From Isoptericola halotolerans (GTDB lineage Bacteria > Actinomycetota > Actinomycetes > Actinomycetales > Cellulomonadaceae), in contig NZ_JABEZU010000004.1 in assembly GCF_013149785.1 (NCBI RefSeq), forward strand, positions 62,001-126,000: 64,000 bases of DNA, given 5' to 3'. This document shows positions 9,684 through 20,028 of this stretch, piece after piece. The position numbers were made by a program, and so were the translations under genes. How positions within the stretch are numbered: position 1 is the first letter of the stretch; every line of letters starts with the position of its first letter. The notes below the pieces were generated by a model. It did not search any database and had not been told where the DNA came from. It saw nothing but the letters and a program-made list of their open reading frames with translations.

Positions 9684-10688
9684 ATGCGCCTGATGCTGCT
9701 AGACACCGCGTCGCTCTACTTCCGGGCCTACTTCGGCCTGCCCGGGTCCCTGCGCTCCCCCGACGGGCAGCCCGTCAACGCGGTGCGCGGCCTGCTCGAC
9801 ATGATCGCGTTCCTCGTCACCGAGCACCGGCCCGACCGGCTCGTGGCCTGCTGGGACGACGACTGGCGCCCCGCGTTCCGGGTGGACGCGATCAGCTCGT
9901 ACAAGGAGCACCGGGTCGCCGAGCGACGCGACGACGGCCCCGACGTCGAGGAGGTCCCGGCCGACCTCGTCCCCCAGGTGCCCGTCATCGTGGAGGTGCT
10001 GGCCGCGCTCGGCATCGCACGGGTCGGTGCCCCGGGATTCGAGGCGGACGACGTGATCGGCACGCTGGTCGCCCGGGAGCTCGCCGCGGGTGCCGCACCC
10101 CGGGCCGACGACGGCGCACCCCCGGCCGCGCCGTCGGGCGCCGGCCCGCAGGTCGCCGTCGTCACGGGCGACCGCGACCTCTTCCAGCTCGTGGACGACG
10201 CCGCGGGGGTGGTGGTGCTCTACCCCGCCCGTGGGGTGCGCGACCCGGACGTCGTCGACCAGGCGCTCCTCGCGGAGAAGTACGGCGTGCCGACCGGCGA
10301 CGCCTACGCCGAGATGGCCGTCCTGCGCGGCGACCCGTCCGACGGGCTCCCGGGAGTGCGCGGCATCGGCGAGAAGACGGCCGCGAAGCTGCTCGCGACG
10401 TTCGGCTCCCTGGACGGCGTGCTCGACGCCGCAGCGACCGGGGCGAAGGGGATCAGCCCCACCCAGCGGACGAGACTCGCCGAGGCGGCCGACTACCTGG
10501 CGGTGGCTCCCGCCGTCGTACAGGTCGCGGCGGACGCCCCGGTCGGAACGTTCGACGACACGCTGCCGGCTGCGCCGCGTGATCCAGCGGCGCTCGACGC
10601 GCTCGCCAGCCGTTGGGGCATCCGCTCCAGCGTGGACCGGGTGCTGACCGCACTGGACGCCGGTCCCAGCGCACCGAGGGTCACGTGA
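9684..10688 (+). CDS. Stand-alone 5'-3' exonuclease / flap endonuclease
   Basis: LLDTASLYFRAY, EADDVIG, VTGDRDLFQL, LRGDPSDGLPGVRGIGEKTA (HhH). Confidence 0.92.
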   Translation: MRLMLLDTASLYFRAYFGLPGSLRSPDGQPVNAVRGLLDMIAFLVTEHRPDRLVACWDDDWRPAFRVDAISSYKEHRVAERRDDGPDVEEVPADLVPQVPVIVEVLAALGIARVGAPGFEADDVIGTLVARELAAGAAPRADDGAPPAAPSGAGPQVAVVTGDRDLFQLVDDAAGVVVLYPARGVRDPDVVDQALLAEKYGVPTGDAYAEMAVLRGDPSDGLPGVRGIGEKTAAKLLATFGSLDGVLDAAATGAKGISPTQRTRLAEAADYLAVAPAVVQVAADAPVGTFDDTLPAAPRDPAALDALASRWGIRSSVDRVLTALDAGPSAPRVT

Positions 10689-10796
10689 CCTTCGAGATCT
10701 GTCGCATCGGGGTCGGAGCCCGTCGAACCCGTGCAGGCCGCCACAGTCACGAGCAGCGGAAACACCACCACGGTGCCGGCCCACCGATGCTCCCTT

Positions 10797-11306
10797 TCAC
10801 TCACGTGCGTAGTCGCTGCACCAGGTTCCAGCAGGAACAAGGAGCACAGACCAACTCAGGGGCATGGAGCCGGTCGCGTGTCCACTGGTGTAGGTGACGG
10901 TGAGAGACGTCTGCAGCGCCTCGTCGAGATCATCCGCCCGCAGGGTGACGGCGACGAGGGCGCTGTGATGCGCCGGGATGGTGGCGCCCAGTTCGAACGT
11001 GCCGGGCGCGGGTAGCGGTCCGGTCCCCACGGTGGCGTCGGGCCAGTCCTCGTGGGCCAGTAGCCACTCGACGACCTCGACTCCCTCTGTGGCTGCGTCG
11101 ATGCCGTCGATGGCAGCGTCATTCGCAGTGGTGTTCTCTATCGTCTCCCAGGCGAACGAGGCGAGCCCTTCCTCGCTGACCGGGATACACAGTTCGCCGC
11201 TTCCGTCCTCGGTGCCGATCGTTCTGAGGGGGTCCGCTGCGTCGAGCTGTCCGCACCCGGCGATCATCGCGAGGCACGGGAGCGCCACCAGGAGGCGATT
11301 CTTCAA
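10797..11306 (-). CDS. Hypothetical lipoprotein in a lower-GC patch
   Basis: TTG start after GAAGG; signal peptide ending IAGC; protein-like composition. Confidence 0.6.
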   Translation of the reverse strand: MKNRLLVALPCLAMIAGCGQLDAADPLRTIGTEDGSGELCIPVSEEGLASFAWETIENTTANDAAIDGIDAATEGVEVVEWLLAHEDWPDATVGTGPLPAPGTFELGATIPAHHSALVAVTLRADDLDEALQTSLTVTYTSGHATGSMPLSWSVLLVPAGTWCSDYARE

Positions 11307-11583
11307 CGTGCCTTCATCACGACACGGGAGGGCTGCTCGCCTGGGGAACAGCGTTGCGCCAAGGATTCGCGCACATCGTCGTGTCGAAGCTCCAGGGGCC
11401 GCACCTGTCGTCACTGTAGGACGGAAACGCGGTAGGGACCGGCCCGAACCAGAGGTCTGTGAACCCGGCACACCAGCGTCAACGCATCCTGGAGAAACTG
11501 ACATGTAGCAAAGGCCCTCAGCCGGCAAGACACGCAAGAGCTCCGGCGCGGCCGTCCGCGACGAGGGACCCGGGACGACCGGT

Positions 11584-12342
11584 TCAGCGCTGCAGGGCTG
11601 CGGCGGCGGCCGCCGCGACGTGCAGGTCGGTGACCTCGTACCCGGAGTCCCCTCCGCCGCCGGGCCCGCCGTCGTCGGACACCGTGCGCTTGGCGGACAG
11701 GTGCACGGCGTCGACACCGGTGGCTCGCAGCGCGGGGACGTCCTCGACACGGACGCCGCCGCCGGCCATGACCTGCACGGCTCCGCCGAGCGGGCCGTGC
11801 GCGTGCTCCGCGCAGGCCCGCAGCAGCTCGAGACCGTCGGCACAGCGGGCGGCGCCACCGGAGGTGAGGACGCGCGTCACCCCCGCCGCAGCGAGCACGT
11901 CGAGGGCGGCGAGCGGGTCGGCGAGGACGTCGAACGCGCGGTGGAACGTGACCTCGGCACCGTCCGCGGCAGCCACCAGCTCGCGCAGCGCGGCAGCGTC
12001 GACCTCGCCCGACGGGGCCAGCGCGCCGACGACGACGCCGTGGGCCCCGGCCTGCACGGCCGCGGCGACCTCGCGCACCTGCACGTCGAGCTCGCCAGCG
12101 GCCAGGACGAAACCGCCCGGCCGCGGGCGCACCAGCACGTGCACCTCCACAGCAGCGCCCGACGGCGGTGCGGCGGCACGCTCGACGGCGGCGGCCAGGA
12201 GCCCGGGGCCCGGGGTCACGCCGCCGGTCGCGCCGAGCGCGGTGCACAGCTCGACACGCAGCGCACCTACCGACGCCGCGACCTCGATGCCCGCGACGTC
12301 CTGCACCGCCAGCTCGAGCGCGACCGCGGCGCCCGTCGCCAT
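11584..12342 (-). CDS. cutC: Copper homeostasis protein CutC
   Basis: RVELC..L..GGVTP, LVRPRPGGF, VTFHRAFD, RVLTSGG, MAGGGV; TGATG overlap with ppc. Confidence 0.92.
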   Translation of the reverse strand: MATGAAVALELAVQDVAGIEVAASVGALRVELCTALGATGGVTPGPGLLAAAVERAAAPPSGAAVEVHVLVRPRPGGFVLAAGELDVQVREVAAAVQAGAHGVVVGALAPSGEVDAAALRELVAAADGAEVTFHRAFDVLADPLAALDVLAAAGVTRVLTSGGAARCADGLELLRACAEHAHGPLGGAVQVMAGGGVRVEDVPALRATGVDAVHLSAKRTVSDDGGPGGGGDSGYEVTDLHVAAAAAAALQR

Positions 12343-15065
12343 CAGCCGGTGTTCTGCAGGCCGGCGCTCACACCGTTCACGGTGAGCAGCAGCAGATGAC
12401 GCCAGCGGTCCTTGTACCCGCCGTCGACCCACTCGCCGTCGTCGACGGTGAGGCCCTCGCTGGCGCCCTGGGTGCGCAGCGCCCGCAGCGCGCGGACCTG
12501 GAGCAGGGAGAGCGCGTCGACGTACGGCGAGCGGAGCTGCACGGCCCGGCCGAGCACCCGCCGGCTGGCCAGCGGCCACTCGTTGCCGGTGATCTTCAGG
12601 ACCCACTCGCGGGTGAGCCGCAGCTCCTCGAGCACCATGGCGGCGAGGTCGTCGCGGTCGCCGAGCGCCAGGTACTTCTCGGCGATGCGCTCGTCGGTCT
12701 TGGCCAGCGACATCTCGATGTTGTCCAGCAGCGTGCCGAACAGCGGCCACTCGCGGTAGGCGGCCCGCAGCTCGTCCAGGTCACCGAACTCGCGCAACGC
12801 CGTGCCCAGCCCGTACCAGCCGGCCAGGTTGATGCGGGCCTGCGACCAGGAGAACACCCACGGGATGGCTCGGAGGTCGTCCAGGGAGTTCACCGACAGG
12901 CCGCGCTTGGCCGGGCGCGAGCCGATCGGCAGCAGGCCGACCTCCTCCAGCGGGGTGACCTCCGCGAACCACTGCGGGAAGCCGTCGGACTTCACCAGCT
13001 CGTGGAACCGTGCCCGCGACGTCGCGTCGAGGGAGGAGGCGAGCGCGGAGAACCGGTCCGCGGTCGTCGCGTTGCGCTTCTCCGTCGACGGGGCCGAGGC
13101 GAGCAGCGTGGCCGCGGCGACCTGCTCGATGTGACGCGCGGCGATGGTCGGGTCGCCGTAGCGCGCCAGGATGACCTCGCCCTGCTCGGTGAGCTTGAAC
13201 CGGCCGTCCACCGAGTGCGGGGGCTGGGCGAGCACCGCGCGGTTCGCCGGGCCACCCCCGCGGCCGAGCGCGCCGCCACGGCCGTGGAACTGGGTGAGGG
13301 TCAGGTTGTGCCGCTTCGCCCAGTCCGCGATCCGCGACTGCGCGGAGTGCAGGGCGAGCGTGGCCGCCACGGGACCGACGTCCTTGGACGAGTCGGAGTA
13401 GCCGAGCATGACCTCGACGCGCCGACCGTTCTCCGCGAGACGCTTCTGGACCTGCGGCATCTCGAGCATCGCCTCGAGGATGTCGACCGAGTTCTCCAGG
13501 TCCGCGAAGGTCTCGAACAGCGGGATCGCGTCGATGACCGGGGCGTCGTCGGAACCCTCGAAGGCCAGCTCCGCGAGCTGGTAGACGGCTGCCATGTGCT
13601 CGGGGGCCTGCGTGAACGAGACGATGTAGCGGCGGGCCGCCCGCTCGCCGAAGCGCTTCTGCACCGCACCGAGGGCGCGGAACGTGTCGAGCACCTCCCG
13701 GGTGCGGTCGCTCAGCTCGCCGTGGACGCCCTTCTCGGCGATCTCCTCCAGCGCCGCGGCGTGCACCTGGGAGTGCTGGCGGACCTCGATCTCGGCGAGG
13801 TGGAACCCGAAGGTCTGCACCTGCCACACGAGCTTCTGCAGGTCGCCGTAGGCCGCGCGCGGGGCGCCCGCCTCCACGAGGGAGGACTGCACGACGCGCA
13901 GGTCCGCCTCCAGCTCCTCGGGGCGCTGGTAGGCCAGGTCGGCGTCCCGGGTGCGGGTCGCGGCGATGCGGCCCGCGATCGCGAGGACCGCCGCGCGGTG
14001 CGGCTCGTTCGGGGAGTCCGCGGCCGCGGCCGTGGTCAGGTCGTCCGAGAGCTGGCGGAACCGCTGCCAGAGCGCCTTGAGGTCCGCCGACGACGGCGTG
14101 CTCGCCGCCTCGAGGGTCAGCTTGCGGCCCGTCGTGCGCGCGGCGCCCTCCAGCGCGGTGAGCGCGTGCTCGGCGGCCAGCGTGGCGGCCTGGCGCGTGA
14201 CCTCGGCGGTGACGTTCGGGTTCCCGTCGCGGTCGCCGCCGATCCAGGAGCCCAGGTACACGAACGGCGTGGCGATCGGTGCCCGCGCGCCGGCCTCCCC
14301 GTCGAGCAGCCAGTCGTCGAGCCGGCGGTACACCTCGGGGAAGGTGCTGAACATGGTGGCGTCGAAGACGCCCATGGCGGTCTTGACCTCGTCGAGGACC
14401 GTCGGCTTCGACGCCCGGATCGGGGAGGTGCGCCACATGGTGTCGATCTCGGCGAGCATGCGGCGCTCGTTCTCGGTGCGCGACGTACCGCCGGGCCGCA
14501 TCGTGTCGCGCTCGGCCAGCAGGGTGGAGATCCGGCGCACCGCGCCGGAGACTGCCCGACGACGGGCCTCGGTCGGGTGCGCCGTCAGGACCGGGCGGAA
14601 CTCCAGCTCGCCGAGCCGCCGCACGGCCTCCTCACGGCCGACCTCCTCGGTGAGCTGCGTGAAGGCCGCGGGCAGGGACTCCTCGATCGCGGCGCCCGAC
14701 TCGGACTCGCGCTGGTGCAGCACCCGCACCCGGTGGTACTCCTCCGCCAGGTTCGCCAGGTGGAAGTAGCACGTGAAGGCGCGGGCCACCTGCTCGGCGC
14801 GCTCCAGGCTGAACCCCGCGACCACGTCCGCGGCCTCCGCGAGGCTGACACCGCCGTCGTCGACGCCGTAGGCGCGGATCGTCAGCTCGCGCAGACGCTC
14901 GACGTCGTCGAGCAGGTCCTGTCCGCCGGCCTCACGCAGCACGGTGCCGAGCAGTCCGCCCAGGAGGCGGATGTCGTCGCGCAACGGGTCGGGCATCTCG
15001 TGCCGGGCGACGACGCGTTCGATCGCGCCCGTGCTCGGGCTCTGCTGTCCGTAGTTGTCGCTCAC
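12342..15065 (-). CDS. ppc: Phosphoenolpyruvate carboxylase
   Basis: VLTAHPTE, SWIGGDRDGNP, PLFET, VMLGYSDSSKD, FHGRGGALGRGGGP, LRAIPWVFSWSQ, terminal LQNTG. Confidence 0.97.
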   Translation of the reverse strand: MSDNYGQQSPSTGAIERVVARHEMPDPLRDDIRLLGGLLGTVLREAGGQDLLDDVERLRELTIRAYGVDDGGVSLAEAADVVAGFSLERAEQVARAFTCYFHLANLAEEYHRVRVLHQRESESGAAIEESLPAAFTQLTEEVGREEAVRRLGELEFRPVLTAHPTEARRRAVSGAVRRISTLLAERDTMRPGGTSRTENERRMLAEIDTMWRTSPIRASKPTVLDEVKTAMGVFDATMFSTFPEVYRRLDDWLLDGEAGARAPIATPFVYLGSWIGGDRDGNPNVTAEVTRQAATLAAEHALTALEGAARTTGRKLTLEAASTPSSADLKALWQRFRQLSDDLTTAAAADSPNEPHRAAVLAIAGRIAATRTRDADLAYQRPEELEADLRVVQSSLVEAGAPRAAYGDLQKLVWQVQTFGFHLAEIEVRQHSQVHAAALEEIAEKGVHGELSDRTREVLDTFRALGAVQKRFGERAARRYIVSFTQAPEHMAAVYQLAELAFEGSDDAPVIDAIPLFETFADLENSVDILEAMLEMPQVQKRLAENGRRVEVMLGYSDSSKDVGPVAATLALHSAQSRIADWAKRHNLTLTQFHGRGGALGRGGGPANRAVLAQPPHSVDGRFKLTEQGEVILARYGDPTIAARHIEQVAAATLLASAPSTEKRNATTADRFSALASSLDATSRARFHELVKSDGFPQWFAEVTPLEEVGLLPIGSRPAKRGLSVNSLDDLRAIPWVFSWSQARINLAGWYGLGTALREFGDLDELRAAYREWPLFGTLLDNIEMSLAKTDERIAEKYLALGDRDDLAAMVLEELRLTREWVLKITGNEWPLASRRVLGRAVQLRSPYVDALSLLQVRALRALRTQGASEGLTVDDGEWVDGGYKDRWRHLLLLTVNGVSAGLQNTG

Positions 15066-15143
15066 GACCTAGAGACTAAGCGGAACCCTGGTTGAGACAT
15101 AGTTTGCGTCCGCCTTGCGGTCACCCGCCGGTCCGCCGGGCGC

Positions 15144-15866
15144 TCAGACGTCGGCGGAGGCCAGCGGATCCGTCCCGCCGACGACGGCGATCTCCAGACG
15201 GACGACGTCGGTGAGCTCCACCGCGGACGCCGCCCGCAGATCCTCGGCGCTGTCCCCCGACGCCCCCCAGGTCGCCGCGACCGTCCGGCCACCGGCGCGG
15301 TCGACCACGACCAGCTCGTACGTCAGCGACTCGTAGCCCTCGGGCACGCTCCCGTACCGGCAGCTCCACGCCAGGAGGGTGCCCCACGGACGTTCGGTGG
15401 CCGTGAGGCTGGCATGGACGTCCGTGGCACCGACCGGTTCGAGCTCGACCTCCACGTCTGCGGCCTCGGCGACGACGGGCGGGTCCACCGCCGCACCGCC
15501 GTCCACGGACATGCCCGTCAGGACGCCCCCGACGGCGAGCGCGGCGGCCGCGACCGCGGCGAGAGACCGACGGCGCACCCGCGCGCGGCGCGCCGAGCGG
15601 GCCAGCGTGCCCAGCGGGACGACGTCGGCCCTCGGTGTCGGGGGTGCCTCGTCCGGCAGGGCGATGGCCTGATCAGCCGGGAGCGTGCCGAGGATCCCCG
15701 GCACCCCGGCGATCTCACCGACCGCCTCGCGGCACGCCGCACAACCGGCGAGGTGCGCCTCGTACTCCCGCCGGTCGGCGGGGCCGAGCGCTCCCAGGAC
15801 GTAGGCGGCGTCCCAGGTCAGGTAGGGGTCCGGTTCCCGGCCGGACGGCGTGGGTGCGGCGGTCAT
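15144..15866 (-). CDS. Zinc-finger anti-sigma factor (RslA-like)
   Basis: DAAYVLGAL..YEAHLAGCAAC (HxxxCxxC), one TM segment, WGT..WSCRY; overlaps sigma gene. Confidence 0.88.
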   Translation of the reverse strand: MTAAPTPSGREPDPYLTWDAAYVLGALGPADRREYEAHLAGCAACREAVGEIAGVPGILGTLPADQAIALPDEAPPTPRADVVPLGTLARSARRARVRRRSLAAVAAAALAVGGVLTGMSVDGGAAVDPPVVAEAADVEVELEPVGATDVHASLTATERPWGTLLAWSCRYGSVPEGYESLTYELVVVDRAGGRTVAATWGASGDSAEDLRAASAVELTDVVRLEIAVVGGTDPLASADV

Positions 15867-16366
15867 GACGTCACTCCTTTCTCCTGCAGGGCGAGGCGCA
15901 GTGCTCGCAACGCATAGTGCAGACGGGACTTCACGGTGCCGGCGGGCACGCTCAGCTCGGCGGCCAGCTCGGCCACGGTGCGGCCCCGGTAGTACGCGCC
16001 GACGACCACGGCACGATGCTCGGCGGAGAGCCCGACCAGCGCGTCGGCGACCAGCCACGCGTCGAGGACCGACTGGGTCGCATCGGGTTCGGGAACCTCC
16101 GGCACCTGGTCGGTGGTCCGCTCCCGGGCGTGCCGGGCGCTGCGCGCCTGGTCGACGACGAGGTGGCGGGCCACCGTGAAGAGCCAGGCACGCACCGACT
16201 CGCCCGAGCGTTCGAGCACCTCGGGGTGGCGCCAGAGCCGCAGCAGGGACTCCTGGACGATGTCCTGGGCGCCGGCGTCGTCCCGCACGAGCCGCGCGAC
16301 GTAGCGGTACAGCGCCGCCGAGTGCTCGGTGTGGATCGCCTCGAGGAGCTGCTCGTCGGTGACCAC
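15863..16366 (-). CDS. ECF sigma-70 factor (SigL-like)
   Basis: DIVQESLLRLWRHPEV, RAWLFTVARHLVVD, GTVKSRLHYALRALRLALQE. Confidence 0.9.
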   Translation of the reverse strand: MVTDEQLLEAIHTEHSAALYRYVARLVRDDAGAQDIVQESLLRLWRHPEVLERSGESVRAWLFTVARHLVVDQARSARHARERTTDQVPEVPEPDATQSVLDAWLVADALVGLSAEHRAVVVGAYYRGRTVAELAAELSVPAGTVKSRLHYALRALRLALQEKGVTS

Positions 16367-16372
16367 GGACCG

Positions 16373-17065
16373 TCAGTCCCGCGGCTGGAGCTCGAGGGAG
16401 AACTCCACGCTGCCGGCGTCCTCCACCTCGACGAAGCCCAGCGACGGCGCCTCGACGCCGAAGTCCCCGAACGTCACCGGGACGCTGCCGACGACCTGCG
16501 CGCCGCCGTCGGCCACCGCGATCTGAGCCGTGACCGTGACCTCACGGGTGACGTCCCGCAGGGTCAGGTCACCGGTCAGGGCGACGTCGGACCCGGCCGC
16601 CTCGATCGGCACCGGCTCGGTGAGCTCGAAGCTCGCCGTCGGGTACGTGCCCACCTCCATGACGGTATCGCGGAAGTAGGCGTCCCGCGGCGGCTGGTCG
16701 GTGACGATCTGCGCGACGTCGACCTCGATCTCGGCCACGGTCACGACACCGTCGGCGACCGTGAGGGCACCGGTGACGTCGTCCGCCGCGGGATCGGTCC
16801 GTCCCGTGACGTCCACGTCCGCGCCCCGCAGCACCTCGTGCACGCGGTACCCGGCGTACGAACCGGGGGCGACCGCCCAGCCGCCGTCCAGGTCCGCCAG
16901 GACGTCGGCGTCCGTCACCTGCTCGGGGGCCGTGAGCGCCGGGGCGTCGTCCGCGCGGCTGTTCGCCCAGTCCGCGTACAGCCCGGGCCCGACGGTCACC
17001 ACGACCGCGCCCCCGACCACCACGGCCGCCCCGACACCGATCGCCACCTTCACCGCTGTCCGCAC
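16373..17065 (-). CDS. YceI-family protein with N-terminal anchor
   Basis: GSYAGYRVHEVL, TDQPPRD, YPTASFEL, GDLTLRDVTR, DFGVEAP. Confidence 0.85.
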   Translation of the reverse strand: MRTAVKVAIGVGAAVVVGGAVVVTVGPGLYADWANSRADDAPALTAPEQVTDADVLADLDGGWAVAPGSYAGYRVHEVLRGADVDVTGRTDPAADDVTGALTVADGVVTVAEIEVDVAQIVTDQPPRDAYFRDTVMEVGTYPTASFELTEPVPIEAAGSDVALTGDLTLRDVTREVTVTAQIAVADGGAQVVGSVPVTFGDFGVEAPSLGFVEVEDAGSVEFSLELQPRD

Positions 17066-17131
17066 GGTGCCACCTCGTCCCTGCTCGTCCCGGTAGGGCG
17101 CCACCCACGTCGAGGGCGCCTGTCGCTTCCC

Positions 17132-17159
17132 ACGACGAGACAGCCCCCGCGGAGGTTCA
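17132..17159 (-). promoter_or_regulatory. Putative ECF promoter TGAACC-N16-CGTCGT for yceI-sigma-antisigma
   Basis: Read directly on minus strand; resembles the mycobacterial SigL-type TGAACC..CGT consensus. Confidence 0.75.
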
Positions 17160-17173
17160 ATCCGTCCTCACGA

Positions 17174-17201
17174 TGAACTCTGCACCGGCGTGTCCCGTCG
17201 T
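17174..17201 (+). promoter_or_regulatory. Putative ECF promoter TGAACT-N16-CGTCGT for the COG4315 lipoprotein
   Basis: Mirror of the minus-strand promoter with identical spacing. Confidence 0.75.
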
Positions 17202-17241
17202 ACCGGGAGCAGGCCCACCCGACCGAGGAGAAGAGAGACTC

Positions 17242-17766
17242 ATGCGACGCACAGCCAGGATCACGACCGCACTGGCCACCGCCACGCTGCTCGCCGCGAC
17301 GGCGGCATGCTCGGGGACGGAGGAGCCGGCGGGCGACGGCGCGACGGACACCACCGCGGAGGAACCGATGGACGCCGAGCCCATGGGTGACGCCGTCCTC
17401 GCCACCACGGACAGCGAGCTCGGGGAGATCGTCGTCGACGGCGAGGGCATGACCGTCTACTACTTCACCCCCGACGAGCCGGGCTCCGGGGTGAGCGTCT
17501 GCGAGGACGAGTGCCTGACGAACTGGCCGCCGGTCCACGCGCAGGACGAGGACCCGCAGGTCGACGGCGTCACCGCCGAGGTCGGCACGATCACGGGCAA
17601 CGACGGCGAGCTGCAGGTCACGCTCGACGGGCGGCCGGTGTACCTGTTCGTGGGCGACGAGGCTCCGGGCGACGTCGCAGGCCAGGGCGTCGAAGACGTC
17701 TGGTGGGTCGTGGCGCCCGACGGCGCGGAGGTCACCGAGACCGCTGGGGCGGACTCCGGCTACTGA
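17242..17766 (+). CDS. COG4315-family lipoprotein (repeated Yx(F/W/Y)xxD motif)
   Basis: AACS lipobox; GMTVYYFTPD, CEDECLTNWPP, GRPVYLFVGD..GDVAGQGV..WWVV. Confidence 0.88.
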   Translation: MRRTARITTALATATLLAATAACSGTEEPAGDGATDTTAEEPMDAEPMGDAVLATTDSELGEIVVDGEGMTVYYFTPDEPGSGVSVCEDECLTNWPPVHAQDEDPQVDGVTAEVGTITGNDGELQVTLDGRPVYLFVGDEAPGDVAGQGVEDVWWVVAPDGAEVTETAGADSGY

Positions 17767-18590
17767 CCGACGGCGGAGGCACCCTGCCACACCGTGTCGA
17801 ACGGGGTGCGCCCGGCGACCCTCCCCCGGATCCCGGCGGTCACGACGCCCTTGGCGATCCGCACCGCCGACACGACGTCCGTGTCCTTCGCGAGCTCCGC
17901 GGTGATCGCAGCGGCGAACGTGCATCCGGCGCCCGAGACGCGCTCCTCGCCGATCTTCGGCGTCCTCAGGACGGTGACGTGCTCACCGTCGACCACGACG
18001 TCGACGGCGTCGGAACCGGGCAGCTCGACACCACCCTTGGCGACGACGTAGCGCGGGCCGGCGATGGTGTCGAGCTGGTCGTGGATGCGCCGTGCGGCCT
18101 CGATCAGGTCGTCGACCGACTCGACGGAGTCCATGCCCGCCAGGGTCTTCGACTCGAAGAGGTTCGGGGTGACGACCGTCGCCAGCGGCAGCACCTGCTC
18201 GCGCAGCGCGGTGTCCGTGTCCAGGGCGGCGCCCGGCTCCTGCCCCTTGCAGAGGAGTACCGGGTCCAGCACGACGTGCCGCCACGGTCGCGACGCCAGC
18301 GACCGTGCGACGACGTCGATCGTGGCCGTCGTCCCGAGCATGCCGACCTTCACGACGTCGAGGTCGTGCGTCGCCGTGGCCGCCTCGAACTGGTCGGCGA
18401 TCACCTGCGGGTCCACCGGGACGAACCGGTGGGCCCATCCGTTCCTCGGGTCGAACGAGACGATGCAGGTCAGCGTGCCGACCCCGTAGGTGCCGAGCTG
18501 CTGGAACGTCTTGAGGTCCGCCTGGATGCCGGCGCCACCGGTCGCCTCGGACCCGGCGATGACATAGGCGAGGGGTGGGGTGCTGGGCAT
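17760..18590 (-). CDS. ThiD/PdxK-family hydroxymethylpyrimidine/pyridoxal kinase
   Basis: [47 protein letters not shown]. Confidence 0.9.
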   Translation of the reverse strand: MPSTPPLAYVIAGSEATGGAGIQADLKTFQQLGTYGVGTLTCIVSFDPRNGWAHRFVPVDPQVIADQFEAATATHDLDVVKVGMLGTTATIDVVARSLASRPWRHVVLDPVLLCKGQEPGAALDTDTALREQVLPLATVVTPNLFESKTLAGMDSVESVDDLIEAARRIHDQLDTIAGPRYVVAKGGVELPGSDAVDVVVDGEHVTVLRTPKIGEERVSGAGCTFAAAITAELAKDTDVVSAVRIAKGVVTAGIRGRVAGRTPFDTVWQGASAVGQ

Positions 18591-18647
18591 GCGTTCCAGC
18601 CTACGACCTGGCTCGTCCGCCGGACGTGGCCCGGCGGGCGCCTGGCG

Positions 18648-19058
18648 TCAGAGGGCGCCGAGGATCCGTTGCCGCGCCGTGTCCCGCTCGGTGTCGCTGA
18701 TGGTGCCCGCGCGGTGCAGGCGGTCGACCTCCGCCAGGCGCTCCTCCGGCGCAGGTGCGGCCGTGGGTGCCGGCGCGGGCGCTGACGCCCCCGACACCTT
18801 GCTCGCCGGGTCGGGCGACGACGCGAGCCGCCGCGCCATGCGCACCTGGAGGTCCGTCTGCGGGTCGAGCGGGTCGACGCCGGCGTCGTGGAGGGTCTTC
18901 GCACGGCGCACGGCCATCACGATGCTGACGACGACTCCCACCACGATCAGGACAACCACCAGGGTGAAGACGCTGCCGAAGGGGTCACCTCCCCCGACGA
19001 GGCCGGGGCCGACGTCGTCGAACAAGAGGTCGTCGACGTGGAGCTCTTCCGGTCCCAT
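18648..19058 (-). CDS. Single-TM protein with C-terminal SHOCT domain
   Basis: GAGGAG RBS, one [27 protein letters not shown]. Confidence 0.8.
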   Translation of the reverse strand: MGPEELHVDDLLFDDVGPGLVGGGDPFGSVFTLVVVLIVVGVVVSIVMAVRRAKTLHDAGVDPLDPQTDLQVRMARRLASSPDPASKVSGASAPAPAPTAAPAPEERLAEVDRLHRAGTISDTERDTARQRILGAL

Positions 19059-19218
19059 GGTGGTCTCCTCCTCAGAAGGTGCCGAACAGAGTGGTCGAGC
19101 CCCTGCACGAGACGCTCCGGGCCGGTCGGTCGACTGCGGGAAAAATAGCAGCGCGATGTCGGAGCGGCCACCGACCGCGCCGCGGTGCACCGTCGGACCC
19201 TCGACCTACCCTGGTCCC

Positions 19219-20001
19219 ATGAGCCTCAAGATCGGTGCCCACGTGAGCGTGACCGACACCGTCGCGGACGCGGCGGCCGTCGGCGCGGATGTCGTGCAGG
19301 TCTTCGTCTCGGACCCGCAGGCGTGGAAGGTGCCACCGCTCGAGGACGGCGAGGCCGAGGCGTTCCGCACCGCGACGGCGGAGGCCGGGCTCGACGTCTA
19401 CGTGCACGCGCCCTACGTCATCAACGTCGCCTCGACGAACAACCGCATCCGGATCCCGAGCCGCAAGCTGCTCCAGCAGGTGATGTCCCGCGCCGGCGCG
19501 CTCGGGGCCCGGGGAGTGGTGGTGCACGGGGGCCACGTCACGGCCAAGGACGACCCGGCCAAGGGCTTCGACAACTGGCGCAAGGCGATCGACGCCCTCG
19601 AGACGGACGTGCCGGTGCTCATCGAGAACACCGCGGGCGGCGACCACTCGATGGCGCGGCGCCTCGAACGGATCGAGCAGATGTGGGCCGCGGTGCAGCA
19701 GGCCGACGGCGCCGAGAACGTGGGCTTCACGCTCGACACCTGCCACGCCTGGGCGGGTGGGCTCGACCTGGCCTCCGCCGTCGCCGACGTCCGGGCGATC
19801 ACCGGCCGCATCGACCTGGTGCACGCCAACGACTCCCGGGACGCGGCCGGGTCGGGTGCCGACCGGCACACGAACTTCGGCGCGGGGACCATCCCGCCGG
19901 AGCTGCTGGTCGGCGTCGTCGCGGCAGCCGGGGCCCCGGTGGTGTGCGAGACGAAGGGTGACGTCGGCACCGACATCGCCTGGTTGCGCGAACGCCTCTG
20001 A
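19219..20001 (+). CDS. nfo: Endonuclease IV (AP endonuclease)
   Basis: [48 protein letters not shown] 6 nt before ATG. Confidence 0.92.
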   Translation: MSLKIGAHVSVTDTVADAAAVGADVVQVFVSDPQAWKVPPLEDGEAEAFRTATAEAGLDVYVHAPYVINVASTNNRIRIPSRKLLQQVMSRAGALGARGVVVHGGHVTAKDDPAKGFDNWRKAIDALETDVPVLIENTAGGDHSMARRLERIEQMWAAVQQADGAENVGFTLDTCHAWAGGLDLASAVADVRAITGRIDLVHANDSRDAAGSGADRHTNFGAGTIPPELLVGVVAAAGAPVVCETKGDVGTDIAWLRERL

Positions 20002-20028
20002 CCGCGCCGCGTCACCTCGCGGGGTCGG

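Noticed and set aside
18591..18647. TPP riboswitch before the ThiD/PdxK gene
   Set aside because: Gap too short, no aptamer motif, start looks leaderless
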